Source: a virus. From it: DNA of 64,000 nt. Position numbers and translations under genes: made by a program. The notes under the pieces were generated by a model. The model was not told the origin of the DNA and made no database searches. It saw only the letters and a list, made by a program, of their open reading frames with translations. Of the stretch, positions 36,912-46,308 are shown one piece after another. Where the stretch lies: positions 30,875-94,874 of the IMG/VR virus record IMGVR_UViG_3300032307_000369, one strand, 5' to 3'. The number at the start of each line of letters is the position of its first letter. Positions within the stretch are counted from its first letter, which is position 1.

Positions 36912-37348
36912 AAATTGGTCTGAGTTATAGTCGTTGCGTTCGAGATATCGTTGACGGCAAAGTTGACCTTGACGATGTTCTAGTTATTATTGCTCGCACA
37001 GATTTTGATCCACATGACGATGATCAGTGGAAGAGCATTTGGGTTGGCTATGGTGGAGGCACAGAAAACGCTTACACACGTGGCTTTTTCAGTCATAGTA
37101 ATCCAGAGTGGGCTGGATATGATAATGAAGAAATGTTTCGGTTGATTAGTACTGAACTTTGGGATCAAGGTAAATTACATCAACCTAGAAAATTTGGAGC
37201 ACATGCAAGTCGCCGACCAGAAATTTGGCTAGAAGCAGTTCTGCCTAGTAGTGAGTTAGAAACTAATCCTGCGGCTAAAATGGCATGGGACAAGTTTCAA
37301 ACTATTGCTGGGTTGACAAACGTTGAACTGGACGACAAGTATAAATGA
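36908..37348 (+). CDS. hypothetical protein
   Basis: ATGA coupling. Confidence 0.45.
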   Translation: MKIGLSYSRCVRDIVDGKVDLDDVLVIIARTDFDPHDDDQWKSIWVGYGGGTENAYTRGFFSHSNPEWAGYDNEEMFRLISTELWDQGKLHQPRKFGAHASRRPEIWLEAVLPSSELETNPAAKMAWDKFQTIAGLTNVELDDKYK

Positions 37349-37764
37349 AAATTGGATTTACATGTAGCACGTTTGATTTGTTTCATGCAGGGCATGTAAT
37401 TATGCTTGAAGAAGCAAAGAAGCAATGTGACTTTTTAATAGTAGGTTTACAAACTGACCCAACCATTGATAGACCCAATACTAAAAACAAACCGGTACAA
37501 GGTGTGTTTGAACGTTGGACCCAATTAAAGGCTTGCAAGTTTGTAGATCAAATTGTTCCATACAGTAGTGAAAAGGAATTGCTAGACCTATTGCAATCTT
37601 TTCCTATTGATGTTAGAATAATAGGTGAGGAATACAAAGACAAATCTTTTACTGGTGATCATTTAGATATGGATTACCATTTTAATGAAAGACGACATAG
37701 TTTTAGTACAACAGAATTGCGCCAACGTGTGGTTGATGCAGAAAATAAAAAGGAAATAAAATGA
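37345..37764 (+). CDS. cytidylyltransferase (TagD / RfaE-domain-II-like nucleotidyltransferase)
   Basis: [15 protein letters not shown] is the HxGH motif of the CTP:glycerol-3-phosphate cytidylyltransferase family. Confidence 0.65.
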   Translation: MKIGFTCSTFDLFHAGHVIMLEEAKKQCDFLIVGLQTDPTIDRPNTKNKPVQGVFERWTQLKACKFVDQIVPYSSEKELLDLLQSFPIDVRIIGEEYKDKSFTGDHLDMDYHFNERRHSFSTTELRQRVVDAENKKEIK

Positions 37765-38381
37765 GTTTAGTCCCAATGGTAGTTGAAAAAAGTAATCAAG
37801 GTGAACGAGCCTATGACATTTATAGTCGATTACTCAAAGACCGTGTTATATTTTTGAACGGCGAAGTAGAAGATTACATGGCAAATGTAATTATTGCACA
37901 ACTACTATTCTTAGAAAGTGAGAATAGTGATTTGGATATTCACTTGTACATCAATAGTCCAGGCGGTAGCGTGAGTGCCGGTCTTGCAATTTATGACACT
38001 ATGCAGTTCATCAAACCAGATGTATGTACGTATGTCATGGGTCAAGCCTGTAGTATGGGCAGTTTCCTAGCACAAGCGGGTGCTCCTGGCAAACGAGTAG
38101 TACTTCCAGAATCACGCACAATGATTCACCGTGTGAGCTCAGGTACACGCGGTACAAGTGGTAGTATTCACGTACAAGACTTGCAATTTGAAGATGCTAA
38201 ACGTAGTTTTGAAGAAGCACAACGTATCAACAAACGTCTAACAGAATTGTATGTACGTCATAATACAGTGGGCAAAACATACGAAGAGCTATTTGAAACT
38301 ATGAAGTTTGATACTTTCTTGAGTGCCGCTGAAGCTGTTGCCAATGGTCTTGCTGATCAAGTGATTGCAAAACGTCCTTGA
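37761..38381 (+). CDS. clpP: ATP-dependent Clp protease proteolytic subunit ClpP
   Basis: Collinear with bacterial ClpP. Ser ([10 protein letters not shown]), His (MIHRVSSG) and Asp triad present, plus INSPGGSV. Confidence 0.9.
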   Translation: MSLVPMVVEKSNQGERAYDIYSRLLKDRVIFLNGEVEDYMANVIIAQLLFLESENSDLDIHLYINSPGGSVSAGLAIYDTMQFIKPDVCTYVMGQACSMGSFLAQAGAPGKRVVLPESRTMIHRVSSGTRGTSGSIHVQDLQFEDAKRSFEEAQRINKRLTELYVRHNTVGKTYEELFETMKFDTFLSAAEAVANGLADQVIAKRP

Positions 38382-38422
38382 CCTATCTGGTACGCAAATA
38401 AATATGCGTACTAGAGGAAAAT

Positions 38423-39502
38423 ATGGCAGGTCCAGCGTTTAACAGCAATCAGCTAATCAAAAACATACGTCCAGACCAACTGGACATACGTAAAGGGGAA
38501 CTATCCGGAGATTTAATTTCGGGTGGTTCCATTTCTACGTTTGCTTCTACTGGTATTAAAGATGAAGCAACAAAAATTTCTCTTGTTGTCAAAGACAATG
38601 AAATAATTGTTGACAACATCACTACCAAACAATTATCAGGAAATATCTTAGTTGAAGGTAACTTACAAGTATCTGGTCAAATAACTGCTGACCGTTTACA
38701 CGTTTTGGAATTGACATCTGAAAGAACCTATGATAAGATGTATTTGGAATTTCAACCAGTAGACACTGCGAGAAACCCAAATGGTAGTGGTCTTATTTGG
38801 AAGGGCACAGACTACACCAAACTGTTTGTATTAAAGACTGATAAATTTTTTAGTAGCGAACACATTGATCTACACGCTGATAAAAGTTTTAAAATTGACA
38901 ATGTTGACGTACTAACAAAAAATACTTTAGGATCAACTATACGAAAAAGTAGTCTTAGAGAGATTGGAACATTGCACCATTTAACAGTGAGCGGTGACGT
39001 AAGTTTGGCTGACTTTGTAACTTTTAGCAGTGATCAACAAAGAATATCAATTAACGTTGAACAACCTGTAGGTACCATTACTATAGGTGATATTATGCAA
39101 GACGTTATTATGAACATAGATGTTGATAATGGTCGTGCTAAGATTGGTACTTATAATAATAGACCATTTGATTTAACTGCTGGTGATCAAACATTAGTAA
39201 CGTTAGATCCAAAAGGTATAGTCAGTGTTGGACATGAGTATAAAACAGATACTGAAATTCGTCTTTATGGCAAAGTAGGCATCAATGTAAAACATCCTGA
39301 AGCAGATTTAGATGTTAAGGGTAGTATAAGATTTGGTAATAAACTTTTCATGGTATATAATTCTCCTCCAGAAAAAGGTAACTACAAAAGAGGGGACATC
39401 GTTTGGAACGAATCTCCTTCAGTTAATTCACCTTTAGGCTGGGTATGTATAGTGTCAGGTTCGCCTGGCAAATGGGCATCATTTGGGGACATTCATGAAT
39501 AG
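38423..39502 (+). CDS. hypothetical protein, possibly a fibre-like structural protein
   Basis: Beta-rich repetitive sequence (NILVEGNLQVSGQITAD). Preceded by the hairpin GTACGCA-aataaatat-TGCGTAC carrying AATAAATA. Confidence 0.45.
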   Translation: MAGPAFNSNQLIKNIRPDQLDIRKGELSGDLISGGSISTFASTGIKDEATKISLVVKDNEIIVDNITTKQLSGNILVEGNLQVSGQITADRLHVLELTSERTYDKMYLEFQPVDTARNPNGSGLIWKGTDYTKLFVLKTDKFFSSEHIDLHADKSFKIDNVDVLTKNTLGSTIRKSSLREIGTLHHLTVSGDVSLADFVTFSSDQQRISINVEQPVGTITIGDIMQDVIMNIDVDNGRAKIGTYNNRPFDLTAGDQTLVTLDPKGIVSVGHEYKTDTEIRLYGKVGINVKHPEADLDVKGSIRFGNKLFMVYNSPPEKGNYKRGDIVWNESPSVNSPLGWVCIVSGSPGKWASFGDIHE

Positions 39503-39842
39503 GCATATTAAAACAGACAAAATTAAAAAACAAACTACTTATTGGCTTTGGTTTGGACGAGTAAGTCCAATACTATTTCTTATTGGATCTTTTTCATTAT
39601 TTGAAATTTTCAACACCGAAGTACCATTCATTTTCTATTCCAGTTGGATAGTTTTCGTTACAGTATCATTAATTTGGTGGGCATGGGTACTTAGGACCAT
39701 TTTAGAGTTTATTAAATTTTTTCAAGAAGTCAGTCTCTCTGTTGAAGATATAAAAGACAATATAAAAGAAGTTCAACAGAGCGTAACAACTTTGAGAGAT
39801 TTTGAGATAGAAATAAACAAAAAGATTGACAATCCTAAATAA
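39483..39842 (+). CDS. membrane protein (2-3 TM) with charged C-terminus
   Basis: Hydrophobic helices (ILFLIGSFSLF, IVFVTVSLIWWAW). Confidence 0.4.
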   Translation: MGTFMNRHIKTDKIKKQTTYWLWFGRVSPILFLIGSFSLFEIFNTEVPFIFYSSWIVFVTVSLIWWAWVLRTILEFIKFFQEVSLSVEDIKDNIKEVQQSVTTLRDFEIEINKKIDNPK

Positions 39843-39926
39843 TAATGTATAATTAATACATGCGGCCTTAGGCATTCATCCCGCAATATAAATTCTGCAT
39901 GTCATTGTTCATAAAGGAAAACAACA

Positions 39927-40466
39927 ATGGCAAAATATCTTTCAACAAAAACATACGGCAATGATCGTGGACTTTCATGCTGTTTCAGACAGTGGCGTAG
40001 CACACATAGTCACTGCTCATTACTACACGGATATTCAATTGGTATTAAATTAATTTTTGAATCCGAGACACTAGATGATCGTAACTGGGTTATGGATTTT
40101 GGTGGACTAAAAGCATTCAAAGAGTGGAGCGAATACATGTTTGATCATACTTTGGTGCTTGGTGTTGATGATCCACATTTAGAAAAATTTAAAACACTTG
40201 CGGCACTTGGTCTTAATGATGTGGGCGGAGTTTGCGACATTCGTATCGTAGAAGCTGTAGGCTGTGAAAAATTTGCTGAATTGGCTTACAAAACTATGCA
40301 AGACATTTTGGAAACTTTCCAAAAGGGCGAAGGTTGGGAACTAAAAGACCAGTCTGGCAAAACATTAAAGTTGTTCGGTGCTCGTTATCCAGTTGGCGCA
40401 GGTGTTAAATTGCGTTCAGTAGAAGTTTTTGAACACGCCGGTAACAGTGCTGTTTATGAAGGATAA
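39927..40466 (+). CDS. 6-pyruvoyl-tetrahydropterin synthase / QueD family protein
   Basis: HSHCSLLHGYS resembles the QueD C-x3-HGH zinc motif with Tyr in place of the last His. WVMDFGGLK resembles QueD WIIDFAELK. Confidence 0.55.
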   Translation: MAKYLSTKTYGNDRGLSCCFRQWRSTHSHCSLLHGYSIGIKLIFESETLDDRNWVMDFGGLKAFKEWSEYMFDHTLVLGVDDPHLEKFKTLAALGLNDVGGVCDIRIVEAVGCEKFAELAYKTMQDILETFQKGEGWELKDQSGKTLKLFGARYPVGAGVKLRSVEVFEHAGNSAVYEG

Positions 40467-40472
40467 ACTTTC

Positions 40473-40802
40473 ATGAAACATAGTATCTGCGACATTGGCG
40501 GTGTCGTAGTTAAGGATAACGAAACTTATGTCCTTAAAGACAACACCTTTCTTAAAAACTTAATTTTAAGTTCAACAGACTTAAAACCTAAACAAAGCAC
40601 TCGCGGTCACAAACATCCTGGACAAGAAGAAGTTTATTATTTTGTCAACGGGAGCGGTATAATGGAATTAGACAACGAAAAGATACCAGTTTGTCCAGGG
40701 GACGTTATACTAATCAAAGATGGAGTATTCCATAGAGTACATAACACAGAAGAAGAAAATCTTTATTTCGTTTGTGTATTTGACGGGAAGAGAAATCATT
40801 AA
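40473..40802 (+). CDS. cupin-domain protein
   Basis: Cupin motif 1 GHKHPGQEEVYYFVNG and motif 2 PGDVILIKDGVFHRVHN. Confidence 0.55.
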   Translation: MKHSICDIGGVVVKDNETYVLKDNTFLKNLILSSTDLKPKQSTRGHKHPGQEEVYYFVNGSGIMELDNEKIPVCPGDVILIKDGVFHRVHNTEEENLYFVCVFDGKRNH

Positions 40803-40993
40803 TGAATTCTTTTGAAAAAATATGGGCCCGGGCAACTGGGCACTTAATGGGACAGACCGACGAAGATCGTCCAGATGTTCCTATACTCACACTACGAGAA
40901 GCAAGAACAGCGTTGTTTCTCAAAACATTTTGGGTAATCATTCATGTTGTAACCTGTTGCTTCATTATTGCTAATACTATCAGGCATTGGTGA
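40802..40993 (+). CDS. small membrane protein
   Basis: TAATG coupling. C-terminal TM helix (FWVIIHVVTCCFIIANTI). Confidence 0.35.
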   Translation: MNSFEKIWARATGHLMGQTDEDRPDVPILTLREARTALFLKTFWVIIHVVTCCFIIANTIRHW

Positions 40994-41002
40994 TTAATCC
41001 AG

Positions 41003-41031
41003 TTGACATTCAAGGGCATAGATGTTATTAT
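41003..41031 (+). promoter_or_regulatory. sigma70-like promoter, TTGACA-N17-TATTAT
   Basis: Consensus -35, 17-bp spacer and a near-consensus -10. The track's TTG start coincides with the -35 box, so that start is rejected. Confidence 0.45.
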
Positions 41032-41059
41032 AACACTATGTCCTTTTTTATTGGTTATT

Positions 41060-42076
41060 ATGATTAAACGTATAGGTTTCGCATGTAAGTGGATTGATCG
41101 CCCTGATCAAGTAGATGGTATCAAGCCAACCGACGATTGTAAGCAATATAACACTGGCGCTACCACCATTACTTGGTTAAATAAACAAACAAAAGAAGTT
41201 GCTGAACAAAAACTATGGGACCTAATGGTCCAAAACTTAGAAGCAACACGATTACTTGTTGAAAGGGTAGGCAAACAACATGAAAGACTCCGCATGGTTC
41301 GCCTTAGTAGCGACATTCTTCCTGCTTATACCCAATCTGATTGGAGTTATTTTTGGAGTAAACCTGACGTTGTTGAGTATCTTGAACGCAATTTCATCCT
41401 TATTGGTGATAGTGCTCGTGCAAGCAATACCCGTGTTTCTATGCATCCTGGTCAGTTTACTGTTCTTGCTAGTGATAATCCGGACATTGTTCGGAGAAGT
41501 ATAGAGGAGTTTGAATATCATGCAGATATGGTCAGGTACATGGGCTACGGTAAACAATTTCAAGACTTTAAAATTAATGTCCACATCTCGGGTAGAGCCG
41601 GTCCCGAAGGTATTCGAGCTGCCTACAAAAAACTTTCCCCTGAAGCAAGAAATTGCATCACAATTGAAAACGAGGAAATGAGCCATGGGTTATCTACTTG
41701 CTTGTCTCTTGGTGATCTTCTTCCTATCGTACTTGATATACATCATCACTGGATTAAAGAAGGTGAATACATCATGCCAAATGACCCAAAAGTACAGCAA
41801 GTACTTGACAGTTGGCGTGGTCTTCGCCCTACTATGCACTATAGTATTAGCAGGGAAGATGTGCTTGTTGATCACTGCACTCTAACTAAACCCAATCACG
41901 AAGCTCTTTTAGAGTCCGGATACAAAAAACAAAAACTTAGGGCACACAGTAACTTCTATTGGAATAAGGAAGTTAATGATTGGGCATTGAGTTTTAATGA
42001 TCAATTTGATATCATGTGCGAGAGCAAGGCTAAAAATTTAGCCAGCAAAGCTCTTTTTGATTATTCCAATACATGA
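41060..42076 (+). CDS. uvdE: UV damage endonuclease UvdE (UvsE family)
   Basis: N-terminus MIKRIGFACKW matches the conserved UVDE start (R-L/I-G-F/Y-A-C). About 340 aa with a TIM-barrel-like pattern and His/Glu metal ligands (HISG, ENEEMSHG). Confidence 0.55.
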   Translation: MIKRIGFACKWIDRPDQVDGIKPTDDCKQYNTGATTITWLNKQTKEVAEQKLWDLMVQNLEATRLLVERVGKQHERLRMVRLSSDILPAYTQSDWSYFWSKPDVVEYLERNFILIGDSARASNTRVSMHPGQFTVLASDNPDIVRRSIEEFEYHADMVRYMGYGKQFQDFKINVHISGRAGPEGIRAAYKKLSPEARNCITIENEEMSHGLSTCLSLGDLLPIVLDIHHHWIKEGEYIMPNDPKVQQVLDSWRGLRPTMHYSISREDVLVDHCTLTKPNHEALLESGYKKQKLRAHSNFYWNKEVNDWALSFNDQFDIMCESKAKNLASKALFDYSNT

Positions 42077-42096
42077 TCACGTGATTAAGCAATCAC

Positions 42097-42127
42097 ACAA
42101 AAACCCGCACTAGGCGGGTTTTTTGTT
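42097..42127. terminator. bidirectional rho-independent terminator
   Basis: AAACCCGC-actag-GCGGGTTT flanked by A5 on one side and T6 on the other. It serves the convergent genes 41060-42076 (+) and 42151-42429 (-). Confidence 0.75.
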
Positions 42128-42150
42128 GCCAAGAAGATTATAACTGATAG

Positions 42151-42429
42151 TTACGAAGTCTTCTTAGGCGCCCTAGGTTTAGTACCAACTTTCTTTACAG
42201 CTGGTGCTTTTGCTGGGGCTTTTGGTTTTGGAGCTGCCTTAGGTTTTGCAGGTGCCTTAGCTTTAGCGGGAGCCTTTTTAGTTGCTGGCGCTTTTTTAGC
42301 TGGGACAATTGATTCAACCACAGCCTGAGTTGCTTGTTCTGCAACAGGTGCGGGTGTTTCAACTTTATAAGGAACTTCTGCTGTTACTGGCTTCTCTGAA
42401 CCAAATAATGATTTTAGAAATTTAATCAT
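42151..42429 (-). CDS. histone-H1-like Ala/Lys/Pro-rich DNA-binding protein
   Basis: C-terminal tail KKAPATKKAPAKAKAPAKPKAAPKPKAPAKAPAVKK (AKP repeats). SD present. Followed by the bidirectional terminator. Confidence 0.6.
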   Translation of the reverse strand: MIKFLKSLFGSEKPVTAEVPYKVETPAPVAEQATQAVVESIVPAKKAPATKKAPAKAKAPAKPKAAPKPKAPAKAPAVKKVGTKPRAPKKTS

Positions 42430-42522
42430 AATTTAATCTCCTTGTATTTTAATTATGCCTACAGATTGTTCGATAAATAAAATTGTGAAAGCATTGAAAC
42501 AAAATATGCAGTTATAATACAG

Positions 42523-42551
42523 TTGACTTAATGAGATATTGGTGCTACAAT
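42523..42551 (+). promoter_or_regulatory. sigma70-like promoter, TTGACT-N17-TACAAT, for the suf operon
   Basis: Consensus-like boxes about 48 nt upstream of the sufC ATG. GATAAATA at 42468 is also present. Confidence 0.45.
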
Positions 42552-42598
42552 AATGAATGTGGGCCACGAACTACAATAACAATAAGGTTCAATTAGTT

Positions 42599-43324
42599 AT
42601 GTTAAAAATTACAAATCTCTCCGTCAATTACGACGTTATTCCAATTTTGGAAGATATCAATTTAGAAATCAACGAAGGCGAAATTCACGCTATTCTAGGA
42701 CCAACAGGATCTGGAAAAAGTTCCTTGGCAAGTACAATAGCTGGTAAAACAGACCTCAGTGTTGTTAAAGGAAAAATAAACTTTAAAAGAAAATCTTTGA
42801 ACAGTTTAAATCCAAATGAAAGAAGTAAGTTAGGAATTTTTACAACCTTTCAAGAACCTCCTGAAATTAATGGGATCACAAATTTAAATTTAACCAGACA
42901 AATTTTAAATGCTCGTAATGACAAAAGATCATCAACTGACATTATTAATGATTACAAAAGTTTAATAAAACAATTTGATCTAGGAAGCGAATGGTCCAAT
43001 CGAGATTATAACGTAGGAGCAAGTGCAGGCGAAAAAAAGAAAAATGAAATTGTACAGTTACACATGCTCAATCCATCTCTTACAATTTTAGACGATATTG
43101 ACAGTGGTTTAGACTTAGACACACTAACCGAAGTATTTAAAAGTTTAAAAACTTTCCTATCACAAAAAGGAAAGGCAGCTATCATTATCACACATCAACC
43201 AACGATCCTTGAAGCAATCGAGCCCACCCATGTGCATGTTATCATAGATGGAAGAATCGTAGAGTCAGGTGATAAGAAACTAATTAAAAGGATCATTTCA
43301 AATGGCTATCGAGAGTTTTCTTAA
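42599..43324 (+). CDS. sufC: Fe-S cluster assembly ATPase SufC
   Basis: ATG 42599 with AAGG upstream. Walker A GPTGSGKSS, ABC signature and Walker B (LNPSLTILDDIDSGLD). About 240 aa, typical SufC size. Confidence 0.8.
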   Translation: MLKITNLSVNYDVIPILEDINLEINEGEIHAILGPTGSGKSSLASTIAGKTDLSVVKGKINFKRKSLNSLNPNERSKLGIFTTFQEPPEINGITNLNLTRQILNARNDKRSSTDIINDYKSLIKQFDLGSEWSNRDYNVGASAGEKKKNEIVQLHMLNPSLTILDDIDSGLDLDTLTEVFKSLKTFLSQKGKAAIIITHQPTILEAIEPTHVHVIIDGRIVESGDKKLIKRIISNGYREFS

Positions 43325-44126
43325 AGTTGATTCACAAGACCCAGATTGGTCAAACAGTCCCACTCAGTACTTTGGTAAAAAATTTAAGGTCATTGATGCA
43401 AATTGCTTAATGATAAAAGAAAATACTGATGACTTAATGGTTCTACGTATGAACCCAACTGAGTCAGATTTGCTGTGTAAAAATTTGCAAGTTCTTGGAA
43501 AAGATAGTAGTAGATTAGATTTGTTTATTTTATGTGACGGATCTAAAAATACTCAACAGGTTTTTATTTACAATGTAACTGCTGAGCCAGATTCAATTAT
43601 TAATATTGGAATTTTTGTTAAGGACGGAAAACTTAATAAGCATATTTTTGAATGTGAACTTTATGAGAATTCTGTTATTAACATTTTTGGTCTTGCAGAA
43701 AACGAAGTTGGTGGCAGTAGTGAAATCATAAGCAAAGTTTACCATGCAGGTCCTTGTGCAGAGAGCAACACATTTGTAAACAGTATTGCTGGAAAAAATA
43801 GTCGAACTGTTTTTCAAGGCATTGTCAAAATTGAAGAAGACATGATAGACAGTGTTGCCAGTGTAACTAACACTAGTATTACATGTGATGAAACTGCCCA
43901 AGCATTTAGTACTCCGCAAATGATAATTGATTGTGGACAAGTGAGAGCATATCATAACTGTGAAGTCAACACTGTTGACGAAAATAACATATGGTATTTA
44001 GAAAGCAGGGGAATTGATAGAAGTAGTGCTGAAACTCTATTAAAAACGTTGCATCAAGATAGTGTGTTGGACCTTGTTGAATATCAAGACATTAGAGATG
44101 AACTCAAAGATTTTTTCCAAAGTTAA
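43302..44126 (+). CDS. sufD: SufD/SufB-family Fe-S assembly protein
   Basis: C-terminal beta-helix region …CGQVRAYHNCEVNTVDENNIWYLESRGIDRSSAETLL resembles the SufBD core (Y..SRGI). Shorter than typical SufB. Confidence 0.55.
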   Translation: MAIESFLKVDSQDPDWSNSPTQYFGKKFKVIDANCLMIKENTDDLMVLRMNPTESDLLCKNLQVLGKDSSRLDLFILCDGSKNTQQVFIYNVTAEPDSIINIGIFVKDGKLNKHIFECELYENSVINIFGLAENEVGGSSEIISKVYHAGPCAESNTFVNSIAGKNSRTVFQGIVKIEEDMIDSVASVTNTSITCDETAQAFSTPQMIIDCGQVRAYHNCEVNTVDENNIWYLESRGIDRSSAETLLKTLHQDSVLDLVEYQDIRDELKDFFQS

Positions 44127-45246
44127 AAGCGATTTTACTTTACCAGACAAAACATACTTAAACAGTGCATCACAAACTTTAATTCCTAATCAAGTAAAAA
44201 ATTCCTACCTTGATATTTGTAATAAAATTGATGCAAGGAAAGAGTATGAAAATGTTAGACAAAAAGTAAAACTACTAATTAATTCTAAAAAAGATAATGA
44301 AGTAGTTTTTACTCAAGGCAACAATCATAGCATTAATATGATTGCCAAAAGTATTTGTCATAAATGGCATTCAAATGATTGTGTAATTGTTCCTGAAAGT
44401 GAGCATCATGCCAATTTACTCATTTGGCAATACATGTCAATTGAATACGGTTTTAGATTTGAAACTGTAAATGTTATCAAAGACGGCAGCATGGATCTTG
44501 GTCATCTTGAAGACTTGCTAGACAGTTGTGATGGTAAAATATTGTTCAGCATGAGTCACATATCCAACAGCATTGGATATGTACAGCCTGTTAAGAGTAT
44601 TTTTGACAAGGTTAAAGAGTATGACGGAATAACTCTACTAGATGCAAGTTTGAGCATTGGTAGAGAATTGATAGATGTGCAAGAGTTTAATATTGATTTT
44701 CTAACATTTACTGGTCATAAATTTTATGGTCCAACTGGTGTTGGTATATTATATGGCAAGCAAAAATATTTAGACAAGTTAGAGCCTACTATATTAGGCG
44801 ACAGTAATAGCACATTATTACCATGGAAATTAGAAATTGGTAAACCTAATATTGCAAGTGTAGTTATGTTAGGTTCAGCAATTGATTGGTTTACATCATA
44901 TGATTTAGAAAGTTTTCATACCTACGATAAACTTATGAATGCAAATTTTCAAATGATGTTAAATGAATTAGACTTTGTAGAAATATTTCATCCTGGTTAT
45001 TATAAGGGAGGATTAATTGGATTTAATCTACATGGACACCATCCTGCGTATGTGGGTGAATTTTTGTCTAATGAAGGTATTGTATTAAAATATGGACATT
45101 TGAATGCAAGACCTATTGTAGAAGAAAAGTTCCCAAATGGTATACTTAGATTAAGTTGGGCCTGCTATAATACTAAAGAAGACGTTGAACAATTAAGGCA
45201 AGGACTTATAAAATTCTACGATAAATATAGTTCTAAAAGGACATAA
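44098..45246 (+). CDS. sufS: cysteine desulfurase SufS (class V aminotransferase)
   Basis: FTGHKFYGPTGVGILYG carries the PLP-lysine motif. The N-terminus DFTLPDKTYLNSASQ resembles SufS DFP…YLDSAATS. The ATG at 44098 overlaps the sufD end. Confidence 0.7.
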   Translation: MNSKIFSKVKSDFTLPDKTYLNSASQTLIPNQVKNSYLDICNKIDARKEYENVRQKVKLLINSKKDNEVVFTQGNNHSINMIAKSICHKWHSNDCVIVPESEHHANLLIWQYMSIEYGFRFETVNVIKDGSMDLGHLEDLLDSCDGKILFSMSHISNSIGYVQPVKSIFDKVKEYDGITLLDASLSIGRELIDVQEFNIDFLTFTGHKFYGPTGVGILYGKQKYLDKLEPTILGDSNSTLLPWKLEIGKPNIASVVMLGSAIDWFTSYDLESFHTYDKLMNANFQMMLNELDFVEIFHPGYYKGGLIGFNLHGHHPAYVGEFLSNEGIVLKYGHLNARPIVEEKFPNGILRLSWACYNTKEDVEQLRQGLIKFYDKYSSKRT

Positions 45247-45249
45247 AAT

Positions 45250-45639
45250 ATGGCTTATTCTTCACAAGTAATTGATCATTATGAAAACCCTAGAAACGTA
45301 GGTTCATTTGATAAAAATGATAATGATGTTGGAACTGGTATGGTTGGAGCTCCTGCTTGTGGTGACGTTATGAAATTGCAAATTAAAGTTAATGAACAAG
45401 GTATTATTGAAGATGCAAAGTTTAAAACTTATGGGTGTGGTAGTGCTATTGCTAGTTCTAGTCTTGTCACCGAGTGGCTCAAGGGCAAGAACTTGGATGA
45501 GGCACAAGCCATTAAGAACTCAGATATCGCTACTGAACTTGCGTTACCGCCCGTTAAGATTCACTGTTCAATATTAGCAGAAGATGCTATCAAAGCCGCA
45601 GTAGCAGATTATAAAGCTAAACATGATAACACTATCTGA
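45250..45639 (+). CDS. iscU: Fe-S cluster scaffold IscU/SufU-like
   Basis: Three conserved Cys in the contexts [17 protein letters not shown] and HCS. Begins [17 protein letters not shown]. Confidence 0.8.
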   Translation: MAYSSQVIDHYENPRNVGSFDKNDNDVGTGMVGAPACGDVMKLQIKVNEQGIIEDAKFKTYGCGSAIASSSLVTEWLKGKNLDEAQAIKNSDIATELALPPVKIHCSILAEDAIKAAVADYKAKHDNTI

Positions 45640-45943
45640 ACAAGCTGCCAATAGGGTAAAAGCAACTCTAGAAAAGCGTGGTAAAGGACTAGGGATTAGA
45701 TTAGGGGTCAAAACTACAGGTTGTAGTGGCATGGCCTATATGATAGAATTTGTAGATACTCCTACCACTGATGATATGAGCTTTGTTAGTTACGGAGTTC
45801 ATGTGTTTGTAGATCCAAAAAGTTTAGCATACCTTGATGGTGTACAAGTGGAATGGGTTAAGAAAGGTCTTAATGAAGGCTTTGATTTTACCAATCCTAA
45901 CGAACGTGATCGTTGTGGTTGCGGGGAAAGTTTTAGAGTTTAA
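45623..45943 (+). CDS. A-type Fe-S carrier (IscA/SufA/ErpA)
   Basis: [16 protein letters not shown] and the C-terminal CGCGESF form the three-Cys A-type carrier signature. Confidence 0.8.
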   Translation: MITLSEQAANRVKATLEKRGKGLGIRLGVKTTGCSGMAYMIEFVDTPTTDDMSFVSYGVHVFVDPKSLAYLDGVQVEWVKKGLNEGFDFTNPNERDRCGCGESFRV

Positions 45944-46227
45944 ATCTTTCCAATTGGCAAAGTACTGCTAACTGGCATATCCCATATTTTTCTTTTAGTA
46001 ATGCCCATTCGTTGGGCAAATTTTTTGACGTCACAATCACCACATACGTGGAAATATTTGTTGCTGAGTCTTTTGGGATCTATTTTAGCATGATCTCTTG
46101 TAAAATCCTTGTCGCAATTGTCACAGCGAAACACATTGATTGTTTTTGTTCTAGTATACTGGTGTTCTTTTCCCAGTTTACTGCTTCGAACATACTTGGA
46201 AATTTCTTTAAAAGATCTTATGAACAT
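45940..46227 (-). CDS. small zinc-finger protein
   Basis: CDNCDK…HVCGDCD (a CxxC pair). Minus strand, its stop overlapping the iscA-like stop. Confidence 0.45.
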   Translation of the reverse strand: MFIRSFKEISKYVRSSKLGKEHQYTRTKTINVFRCDNCDKDFTRDHAKIDPKRLSNKYFHVCGDCDVKKFAQRMGITKRKIWDMPVSSTLPIGKI

Positions 46228-46308
46228 GCCATTATTTACATTAAGTTTATAAAACTATAAGGTAAATAAAGTGGACAGTTGGTATATCACCCAAATTTGG
46301 AGTTAATA

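Noticed and set aside
41003-41059. TTG start for uvdE at 41003
   Set aside because: That TTG is the first base of a perfect TTGACA -35 box. The ATG at 41060 gives the conserved UVDE N-terminus MIKRIGFACKW.
42074-42083. 10-bp palindrome ATCACGTGAT at the uvdE stop codon as a regulatory site
   Set aside because: It is a single occurrence, overlaps the coding sequence end, and contains the common CACGTG core, so chance is likely.
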